A stretch of DNA of 63,306 bases, the filler included, from Choristocarpus tenellus KU-1152 (taxonomy: Eukaryota; Protista; Phaeophyceae): assembly GCA_964200185.2 (NCBI GenBank). It is 10 parts of 10 records of this genome, joined end to end, with 100 filler letters (N's around TTAATTAATTAA, not from the genome) between each part and the next. Parts side by side here need not be neighbours in the genome. Positions count along the whole stretch, not along the records: positions 51,889 to 55,075 come from CAXNAD020021680.1; positions 55,176 to 58,780 come from CAXNAD020019000.1; positions 58,881 to 63,306 come from CAXNAD020014603.1; 7 more parts are not named here. The stretch is one strand, 5' to 3'. Made by a program: the position numbers and the translations under genes. Positions 53,151 to 63,306 of this stretch are shown here, piece by piece (position 1 is the stretch's first letter; the number at the start of each line of letters is the position of its first letter). The notes below the pieces were generated by a model. That model made no database searches. It was not told the origin of the DNA and worked only from the letters and a program-made list of their open reading frames with translations.

Positions 53151-54256
53151 GATGAAATGATGGGTTAGAAACGTAAGGTTCAATATACTGTGTTGAAGTA
53201 TCGCCCAAATCGTCCAAGAGAATAAAAGTGATAAACCCAGCGAGATTGCTTGATGTCTGTAGAGTGATTTAATAAAGCCAAGTGGCATGCAGCAACCCAT
53301 AAAATCATAAATATTTCCTTTTATATGAGAAATTTTCTCATATACCTAATCACTAGTAAAAGGTTCTGATAACTTAACCACTAATTGATTGTTCTCTTAC
53401 TCCATACATATTTTACCGTAACTGTCTGATAGAGTTGAAAGAGTCTAATCGAACAGAAGGTGCCAATCCTCAGTTCTTCACGCATGGAACTCTGCGCAAC
53501 ATATGGAGGTCCACCTGCAACGTATGTACTTGCACCCATAGTTTAAAATGCCAACCAACAACACAAGCACGATGAGGAAGAAGAAAGTGTGTACTGGCTT
53601 CACTAGCAAGTAATACAGTACTTGCCCTCAACAGCTGCATGGGTATTGAGTATCGAGTAGCTTTATGAAGTAGTCAAATGACATCTTGTACATTCATCCA
53701 CTACCATCAGACAGAAGTGGGATAATATGCTGGAGCATTCTCTTTGTGCCTTCAAATCATGCTCTCCAGACACTGTATTTGGCAAGCCATTATTCGCCTA
53801 AAGTGATTTGGCCCTCCAACACTAGACCTGCCTCCCAGTAGCACAAACAGATGTAGATCAGTCACAACCTGTTGCTATGTGTATGGAAGACCGAGATAAA
53901 GCATTCAAGCGTGTTAGGGGCACAACCCATTCACTAACTGGAGCACCACACGAGAAGCTGAAATAGCAATATGTAATAGCACTGTGCTACCGTATATATA
54001 TTTTCAGTAGACTCTACCTTCACAATCCAGTCGGTGTAATTAAAATAGCTCCAAGCAAAGCACTGTAGCCGGTAGCAGTACATAATCATCGTGCTTTGTT
54101 GAAAATACTTCAGGGGGAACTCTACACTCTGATCCTAATAGTCATGGAAGGATGTGAAAGCACCCTTTTGTGATATTGAACCCTTGACATTCAGCGAATC
54201 ACTTTATGGCAGTACATGGTGCTAAGAGGGTATGCATGTATTCATCCTTGAATAGC

Positions 54257-54513
54257 GAGTGAAAATATCTTTGAGGGTACGAGTTTTGCCCTGTTTGTGC
54301 ATTTAGGGCTTGGCTTCCCTTAGGGTTTTTATGACATCTTCCCACTCCAAAATGTTCCAGTGTAGATAAAATGTTTACGTTATGAAAAGGTGTGTCCGGA
54401 ACAAGGATAATGACACCTCCTAACAAACACGATAGCCAGAATTACATCAAAATCGCAACATTGGATTTGGGCCCCCAAATGGACGCGGCTCTACCCTCTA
54501 AGATACTTTGACT
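54257..54513. mobile_element. MITE subfamily B (~255 bp; TIR GAGT(C/G)AAAGTATCTTAGAGGGTA); other copies at 54844-55075, 8812-8875, 29505-29603
   Basis: Terminal inverted repeats and internal sequence shared across four loci; same AAAGTATCT core and CCCCAAATGGAC subterminal motif as subfamily A. Confidence 0.8.
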
Positions 54514-55193
54514 CGGCAAGGTTTGCCTTTAGATGCCTCTACGATAGCAAGATCAGGACCACAGTCAGAAGTCGACTTACAATATGATACGTGTTTTCAC
54601 GTCGGAAGTCGCGGTATGGTGTACTGAGTACATTGGTCTTCCATAAGTATGGATCGTTGTTGTATTAGTGAAACAAACTAATGCAGATATGGTTTGTTTA
54701 CCTTTACACAATACAGAAGACTTTCCTCGCCTCTTATCATTTTGAGAACATTGTCTAGAGAAAATAGATGCTACAGTTTGAAGTCTATTTTATCTTGTCT
54801 AAAAGCTTCCTACATTGCGCCACTCCGAGATTTTGTCGTACTTGAGTAAAAGTATATTAGAGGGTACGAGTTTTTCGCTGTTTGTCCATTATTTGGAACT
54901 TGACTTCCCATGTTTCTTTTTATGATATTTACCTACTCCAATATGTTTAGAAGTAGGTAAAATGTTTAGGTTATGAAAAGGTGTGTCCGAAACATGGATA
55001 TTGACATCTCCTGACTAACACGATAGTCACAATTACATCAAAATCGGAACATTGGATTTTAACCCCCAAATGGACNNNNNNNNNNNNNNNNNNNNNNNNN
55101 NNNNNNNNNNNNNNNNNNNTTAATTAATTAANNNNNNNNNNNNNNNNNNNNNNNNNNNNNNNNNNNNNNNNNNNNTGGGGTTTCATGCTCCAC

Positions 55194-55824
55194 CTGTGGG
55201 TTCATGCCATACGCACCCATTTGTGGATTCCTACCATATCCACCATATCCAGGCTGCATGCCTCCTCCATACATACCTGGCATTCCCCTACCAAACCCTG
55301 CAGGACATAACCCATAGGGCTGGGGGGGGGGTGGTGGGAGGGGCGACACGAAGGTTCGGTGGGAGTACTGTCCAGAGGATATACCAAAAAAAATATGTAT
55401 TTCGGTGTGTGTGGAATCATCTCAGCGAGTCACTGCTTCAAGATCACAAGAACAATGCAATGTTGTACGCCTTCAAGGTGCCATAAAACCACAGCAGCAA
55501 CAGACTAGTCGACTTCAACTACAGGTCCACAACACAAAAAACATAAAAATATCAAAACCGCTGTGCTTCCTACATCTCCAATCCTGTATAAACCACAGAA
55601 AATATCACCACAAAAACATCCTATGAGACACACACACACACACACACACGCACGCACGCACGCACACACACCAAGAATGACACAAAAAAATAAAAAGTCA
55701 CCATAATGCAAACATCAACTCTTCACAAGACATACAGTACAGTAGGATGAGCACTACGCCCTCATACCTGCATCCCCGGTGGCATGTAAACACCTGGCTG
55801 CATCATTCCCCCAGCTGTTGATAC
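55194..55824 (-). CDS. Two internal exons of a Gly/Met/Tyr/Gln/Pro-rich low-complexity protein
   Basis: Exons 55824-55768 (CTAAC branch point upstream) and 55319-55194, phase-0 GT-AG: VSTAGGMMQPGVYMPPGMQ|PYGLCPAGFGRGMPGMYGGGMQPGYGGYGRNPQMGAYGMNPQ. Confidence 0.55.
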
Positions 55825-57400
55825 CTGTTCCATAGTTAGGAGTGCATAGAACCCCACCACAGCAGCAAGCAAATGGGGAACAACGAAAAAGTGATCAAGG
55901 AGAGCGCAAGTGCTAGACTCGTGACAGATTTACGTGAAGATAAGCGAAAAAAACAAAGTTTGAAGGAAGACATAAAAATCGAACTAGAATATCAGACGCA
56001 TCGTTGACCTCATTGCAGCCCCAACTCCGGATCCAATTTAACCACTGTAGTAAAGTTTCACACCTCAAAAGCACTTTGAATATGAAAAGAAGTGCTAATA
56101 GAGAACCCCATCACAAACTGCCCTGTGTCTACAGTACAGGCGGGGCCATAGCAGTGTTGCCATGAGCAGAGACTCTCTTGGACCATGAGGTACTTCAACA
56201 CGAGGTCTGGGATGGCTGTCCACAACATGCAGTTACTGTCCACATGACCTGCAGTGACATGGAGACAAGATAAACAACTCTGGAATCAACACAATCATAC
56301 ATGTACACTATGCCTATCCCACCCATCTACACACCCAGCACAGCATGACATTTAAAAATGAATCACCTCATTAAGACCTCGAACATACTTTTCTTCTTTA
56401 TCAACAGAATATATATATATACATACATATACATACACTCCACCCTCTTCACATCTCCCAATAAAACATGGGTCGTAGGCACCCTGTTTACCTGAAGTAC
56501 TATTTCTCAACAGTGTACTGTCCAATGACCTTGTGCTGAATCATTTTCAACCTCAAGTGGCACACAAAACACTACCACTGCACCACTTGCTAAAACCACA
56601 TACTTCAAACTACTAAACCATACCTCCTACTGCCGTCCCTACCACATTAGTGATAAACCCCAGATGACATGTAGTACAAAAAAGGGGGATTGGGGTTGGG
56701 GTTAGGATCAGGCACTAGCCCACGTAGGTAAAAATAAAAAAACCCCAGCCGCACGCCGATTTTGGGGGCGAATCAGAGATTCCTGCCAACTTACGGTTTA
56801 GGGGATGGTGGATCGGTACAACACTAGAAGTCATACCAACAGTATACCTGTATACCGATAACGGTATACACTGAATAGTTCATACCGTCAGAGGTTTTTT
56901 CTTCTTTTTTTTTCCAGCTATTGAGTTCGTCGTACCATTCCACCGACTCAATGAACTCTTTATACCTTTTACTTCCCTAACCCTAGCTAGACCCGAAGGG
57001 GTTTGCACTAGAATAAAGAGGCGCAAAAACCATCCACAGTTCAAACGATGTCTTGACGATCTTCAATGCGAGCTTGATGTCTATAAACTAGCCCGTAAGC
57101 GTCCCGTACTCGTCCCGCTGGTCAACCGTTACAAAATGTGCTTCAATTCACAGACAATCAAAAACCAAGGAGCAACATACACAAATGGAGTCCGGCATAT
57201 TGCTGCTGCCCTTGTGAGAGGAGGCGCACAAAAAGACGAAGAGTACAACAAATAATATAAAAGCATAAAATTCTCAAAAATCCTCAAAAACGACACAGAC
57301 TTGACACATCATCAACCCTATCCGTAACAGATGGGTGTACACAAACAGTAACGAGCATCATTTCAGCACAATTACAGACGCCTTTATAGATACTTACGCC

Positions 57401-57433
<33 letters not shown>

Positions 57434-58593
57434 TGATGTGTATTGATGTATGGGACTGGACCATGATTCTGATCCACGGTACGTGCTTCATTCGTAGGCA
57501 AAATTTAAAGGTGGTATGATAAAAAAAAACATGGAAAAATCTAGCAATTGGAACAACAGGTTCAATTGCATCATTATCTTCGAAGTAACCTCTTATACGA
57601 GTGTGTAAACAGGGACTAGACTTCTTTGCAAAGCACTACCGTCGTTAGAAGGTCAGGCACTGGAGAGTGGGGAAAAAATCATCACGCAAACACAACAACT
57701 AAACACAACCTGTAAAGATTATGCTTGACTATTTGTGAGAATATGATTTGAAGTAGTATTTTATGTACGTACAGATGATATGTGCGGGACATTCGGGATG
57801 TTTAGGGTTAGGGTATTATTTGACCAGAAGTAATCGGCGGACTATTATAGTCGGAGTGTTTCTGACGTGTACTAGAGAACTGTTGAGTCATTTGGTATTC
57901 TGAGTCATCCAATGTAAGGGTTGGTGAGCCCCACCCAGTGATGGTATCTCACTCTCTCCTCAACCATGATACAAGATAATAAACAATAATAATAATAACT
58001 GGTTGTGTGGGACAACAGATCGTCAAGGACAGCTTAACACCCCCCATAGATGATACCCACTCACCATTGGAAATGCTCGATTGGGACCAGTCACTGTGTT
58101 CGTTGAAGTACTGTGAAGAATGCCCCAACGGACATGGCCTTCACTATTCCTGCACTACACAAAATGGTACTGCCTTTCCACCTGCTCGGAAGTGGTCTCA
58201 ACTGCCTGAAAATGTTGTGAGAATCGTTACATGTTTCCAGCAGCATGGAGAGCACAACACAGGTCTTGGCAACAAGATGAAAAGGTCACGGTAACGCCTT
58301 TGTTCCCACTAAGATGAATGCGGGTGGGTTTGTTCGCTCCAGCGTCTTTTATTTTTTGTCTGTTGCGTGGGTATGAAACTTAAAACTCTATATCCTACTG
58401 TTTGCTGCTGCGAGAAATGAATAGTAGAGCTGAAACGCTATTTATCGGTGTGTTGTGTAGCCCTCGATACTGAATGTCGGGTGGTTGGATGGGTGGCGAG
58501 AACATCTCAGTGCAGTGCAATTTGCAAGGGTAATAAATACATTTCCCAGATTCATTTTCTTAAGGTTGGAATCGTGATCATAGAGTGTGCCAA

Positions 58594-58780
58594 GGCTCAA
58601 AGTATCTGGGGGGGGGGTGGCGGATGTCCATTTGGGGTCCATTTTTCCATGTCGCGGTTTTTTGGTGAATTTGGTTGCATGTGTCATATGGATAATGTAA
58701 GTGCACTTTTCCTGGTCAAGGCCTGAATGGACACCCTGTGTAGACCCCCCCCCCCCCCCCCCCCCCCCCACCCAAACCAC
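58594..58780 (+). mobile_element. MITE subfamily A copy running into a contig break
   Basis: GGCTCAAAGTATCTG-run + shared core + C-run. Confidence 0.85.
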
Positions 58781-61218
58781 NNNNNNNNNNNNNNNNNNNN
58801 NNNNNNNNNNNNNNNNNNNNNNNNTTAATTAATTAANNNNNNNNNNNNNNNNNNNNNNNNNNNNNNNNNNNNNNNNNNNNCCCCCCCCCCCCCCCCCCCC
58901 AGATACTTTGAGTCATCTATACCCCTCCTTCAATGAAAAACAAACCAGAAATAATGGGTTCAAGGATATAGGTTCTTCATCTCCATGGGATCATAAAAAG
59001 TCCGAGACCAACACAAATATCCTTGTAGGTAGCGATGGTGAATTCTTCAACTAGTGAATGCACTTCTTGTTGGAGCTGTATTCCGAAATAGTTGGTTGGG
59101 ATCATTGGTTCACAAGTGTCAATTTTGGAAGTATGCTGAAGTTGTGGTTGACCAATCTGATTGGATGAAGATGTGCGATAGAACCTGCAGATAGGTGTGG
59201 GTAGTCATCCTTGTATGAGTGTTGGGGCAGAGTCGTTGTATCCTGTCGCGTTCTTGGGTGGTGAGAGTTTCTGCTGGCTGCATAATGTATTAATGTGTGT
59301 GCCGCAAGGCAGTGGCGGTTACACAAGGGATGCAAGTAGCGTGATCGTATGTAGCAACCAGTCACCCAGTCAAAGCTGCCCGAGGGCCTGATCTTACCAT
59401 CACCCTAACATAATTAACCTAAAGGTAAGAAAAAGAAAACCAACTTAACCATTACCCTACCTAACCAAGCAAAAAAGCAAAAAATTAAAGCAACAGCAGT
59501 TGGTATGAAGCATGTAACCTTTTGATGTATCACCCCTCCCAACAGTCATGTTAGTCAGATCTACAAGTAATCTAGACTATTCTATATTGAGTAGGAAAGT
59601 AAAGCGATTTTTTTAAAATCCATTTGATGCCCAAATTTTCTTATGGCGCGATTTGAGAGCAATAATACTGCGCAGGGAGTTTTGATGAGGTGTGGCCTTC
59701 TTGGGTCCCTGTCATGTACCTGCCTGAAGGTTTTTTATGCTCATCTTTCTTCACGAAGAGAGCACACAATTCAAGAGCGACCCCAGTATGGAATATGTGG
59801 TGAGGTTGGCAGCCGGCCTTCTGACTGACTCACTGCCAAACTGATGCTAAGCTCCTACACCTACCTATTGATGATGCCCACTTGTCATAATATACTGAGT
59901 ACAATAAATCTATTTTTATTTATTACAAAGAAAAACATATTATCTGGGACTGCTCTGCTGAGGTCCCTTTTGCGCGTATTTATATGCACGCAGAGCTATT
60001 CTGACTCAATGTGTTCATGGACATGGAGATGGATACCTAGCCATTATGGTGAGACTCGATTATTTGGATAGCTGGGTGCTGGGTCATGTCCGAGTGCCTG
60101 TTGTCCAAGAACAAAAAGCAGTATCCATCCTCGCAAAATTCCCCATCCCTCACGTATTTATTCTCATATATTATATGAACTCCAAATATCTAGTTTCCTA
60201 CAGAACTTCCGTCTGGATGCCACACTCGGGCACCGTCTAATCCAGCCACAGCTACACCCTATCGGGACCATAATGAACCTTCTCCTGACTGTCGCCTTTC
60301 TTTGTTAAGGTCCAGGACAATTGTCACTTATAGGCATCACCACCACCATCAAATCAATATCGAGCAACGGTATCACTGCTTTTGTGCTTGTGGCAAAGGT
60401 CTCTGACTGACTGATGATAGTGGGTAAGCGCAATGAGATACAGAGACATTTTCTTGTCCTTCATCGAAATAACCTCCACAAGTTTGGGGCGAAACTTCGC
60501 ACTTCTCGGTAGAGATATTTCTGGGCATGATGAGGTAAACGAGTCACTCACAGAAGAAGTACGTGGGAGGGGGGCAGGGGGGCGTACAGCAAGAAGGGGA
60601 CTGTAACAAAAAGGTGCACACCACCTTCGATATTTTGTGTTGTTTGTAACGACTTGTAAATAAAGACGCCCCTGTTTCAGATCACATCATGCACTAATCT
60701 GGAGTAACATAGGACCTACCTATCAAACTTCTGGAATTTCAGGAATTCTTTCCGTTTTATTTATAAAACACTGAACTTCACGTACTGTTTATATCATCTA
60801 TCACTTGTCATAAAAATAATAATATGAAAAAAACATCAATTATTGTACTGTATGGCACTTTACAGATATTTTATGTTAGAGGAAAAGACAAACCAATATC
60901 ATTAGAACCCTGAAAAAGTAGCAATTATCGTAAATGTGAAAGATATCTTTCCATAATATTCTATTTTCTATAAATTATTATGATATGTATCCCAACAAAA
61001 CTTCGCACTCAACACCTAATTGCAGTAGGTAAATATTGTAATAGAATTGAAACATCGACAACGTTGTACAGCAAAGGTCACCCTCTATCCATCTTCACAA
61101 CCTTCATTCGATCTTGGCAAGTCCAGGTATAACGAAAAGCAAAGTGGAAAGTGGAGATACCCTCAACGTAGAGAGATCGGAGGCCTTAATCAGAAAGACA
61201 ATTAGCTCATCAGGAAGA

Positions 61219-62617
61219 ATGAAGCGCTCATCTTCGGGGATTCTTAGGGAACTAGACGAGGTCGAGGGGAGGATCTTGAACTTGGAGGCCACCCTCGATG
61301 GCCGTGAGGGAACTACACAAAAGGCGAGTTTCGTCCACTTCCCATATATTTTTAGGTGGCAGCACTATTACTATTTTGTTCTCTGGTAACCCAATCCTTT
61401 TTTGATCTTTTACCAGCATCTTCTTTCTTTTAACACGCACCACATGATTAACATGACATGATGTCAAGATGGCGAGGATACGAAAGGGGGGGGCATCTAG
61501 TATTCGTTGAAAGTCTATGTGTAAACGCCCTCTTAACCGCGAATGAGCACAAAGAAGCTCAATACAATTAACCACTCACTCCCCCTATAATGCCTATTCA
61601 ATTTGGAGGTTTTGAATCAATCGATGGTGCAGCAATGACTCACTCTAATTTTGTCACAACTTAAAATTATTTCTTCACCTCAACCAGATTGTGCTGTCTG
61701 CCCGACTGGACAGTCTGAGCAAGAAAGAAGTCATGCTCTACGTGGAGAGGACTCTCGCACTTCAGGCAGAAGCTCTTGGCGGTAGATGAATAATTCACTC
61801 ATACAGGGGGTGGTTGCCCTTAAGATCGCCGCAGTCCAGTTGTATGCAGTGCAACGTGAATGAGGTTGAACCTTGTACTGCACCAATCGTACTCCCTTTA
61901 AACTCCGTACTGTTGTACTCGTACATCCACCTAATCCATCTCCATACCTCTACCATGTGCATCTGCAGGTGAACGAAACAGAATTGATCGAAATGGCAAG
62001 TGTAGCAAGGTGAGGAAATTTTGTGACTCACTGTCGGTTTGATGGGGGAGGTCAATGTTCCACTGTGAAGTCTACTCTTAGTTTTTGCCCACCATCTGAT
62101 CCAACTACAGCGTAGCATGCTTAGAACTAGTATCTTGGGGGAGTAAATTGTGAAGTAATCTAACTTGATCAGAGCCGGCCTCAGGGAGCCAATACTAATA
62201 CTTTCCATTTTAATTTTTTTTCTAAGACTTGATTCTTCATGTCTTGCAGGATTCAGGACCAAAAACAATGTCATTGTCCGTTAAAGACGTAAAAGGGAAG
62301 ACTCACACCATACACGTCTCGGAGAATGGACACACCACAGTGCTCGAGATTAAACATATATTGGAAGAGAAATTCGGGATTCCGCCGGATGCACAAAGAT
62401 TAGTCTCTTGTGGGAAACAACTGGAAGATGACAAAACTACTCTAGAGTATAATATTCAAGAGCAGTCGTTAATATACCTGTTATTACGGTTAAAAGGGAG
62501 TAAGCCTATTATCCTCCTTTACCCACTTTTCCAGAGGATGTAACTGTTGAGCTGCAGCTCTGTCCATCCTGGGAGTTCTCCGCGCACTACCCCAAACCAT
62601 TGCGGAATAAGATCCAG
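61219..62617 (+). pseudogene. Multi-exon gene: coiled-coil leader + ubiquitin-like domain + 'KP(V/I)xxLYP' domain, with a 1-nt frameshift (pseudogene or assembly error)
   Basis: Exons 61219-61323 (GC donor AAG|GCGAGT), 61688-61781, 61969-62009, 62250-62617 chain in frame. Ubl at 62268-62500 (VKDVKGKT..TVLEIK..GIPPDAQRL..GKQLEDDKT..YNIQ..LLLRLKGS). After KPIILLYP the frame stops at 62543, but the -1 frame continues TFPEDVTVELQLCPSWEFSAHYPKP to a CAG|GT donor. Confidence 0.7.
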
Positions 62618-63235
62618 GTGCGACGTGTGGTACCCCTTTAAATAAATCCTGACATGTAGCAATACGCTGAAATAATTTATATGATCTTTTTGTAAGCATC
62701 ACAAGCACATTCATGCATGAGTTAAGGAAAGACTGCAAGCAATAAAATTTGATCAAATGGAGAGAGCTTGTCCTATGAGCTCTTGCCTTCAATGAGTGCT
62801 TTTTCCTGATGCAAACTACTCCAGAGTACTTGTTAGGCGTGCACTACATACACTTTGCACTCATGTCTGTACTGGCTACAGCTACAATATGTTCGCATTC
62901 TCGAAACATTCACCAAAGGAGAAGACATGTATCTCGACATATCGAATTTGGAGTGTAGATATTGAGCTGTTCATAACGTCATTTTGACTACACTCCTATC
63001 ATTATCGCAATAAACTACTACTATGTTCTTACACTCGACTGCAAGCTTGAAAATCAACCATGATTGTGTCTTACCTCCTTCCACTAGTTGATTGATTGTC
63101 GACATAAAGAAGAGAACCATGTTATCTCTCACTGCTTACAAGTGACTGCCAGGCCGACCTGTTGCACCTCCTGCAACCAACAACACATATCTCTTGTCAG
63201 TATCATAGTAATAAAGATTTCCAAGCGATATCCAC

Positions 63236-63306
63236 GGCTCAAAGTATCTGGGAGGGGGTGGCGGCTGTCCATTTGGGGTCAATTTTTGTATGTCGCGATT
63301 TTTGGG
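63236..63306 (+). mobile_element. MITE subfamily A copy, truncated by window end
   Basis: GGCTCAAAGTATCTGGGAGGGGGTGGCGGCTGTCCATTTGGGGTC... Confidence 0.85.

Noticed and set aside
56799-56978. hAT-like MITE (TAGGGGATG...CTTCCCTA with CGGTA motifs)
   Set aside because: Imperfect termini and no 8-bp target-site duplication.
3587-58880. Regularly recurring TTAATTAATTAA palindrome as a biological repeat, and the window as a gene cluster (e.g. ZMYND12 with BBS4)
   Set aside because: The motif always sits centred in exactly 88 Ns, so it is an assembly linker; genes on different contigs cannot be treated as neighbours.

Overview
Eukaryotic nuclear DNA from a fragmented draft assembly. About ten short contigs are joined by artificial 100-bp spacers (N44-TTAATTAATTAA-N44), so adjacency across spacers is not evidence of linkage. 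Spliceosomal introns, bipartite (signal peptide + 'AF') plastid presequences, flagellar genes and TTAGGG repeats point to a photosynthetic, flagellate-stage stramenopile, probably a brown alga or close relative (inference). Hand-assembled gene models: ZMYND12 (partial), a complete 2H-phosphoesterase, a small orphan membrane protein, a TBC Rab-GAP (partial), an SbcD/Mre11-type metallophosphoesterase with a probable plastid presequence (first exon), BBS4 (partial), a HopJ-family protein with a plastid presequence and six H-x3-C-x-C-x2-C repeats (complete), a BASS4-like SBF transporter (complete), and a ubiquitin-like + 'KPIILLYP' fusion with a GC-AG intron and a 1-nt frameshift. Intergenic DNA is rich in decayed transposons: Harbinger-type transposase relics, Copia gag, LINE relics, an LTR-like pair, a tRNA-Ala-derived pseudogene, and two related MITE subfamilies that sit at most contig breaks. 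The best candidate for an undescribed system is the Cys/His-repeat HopJ plastid protein. All family assignments come from motif recognition; no database searches were run.
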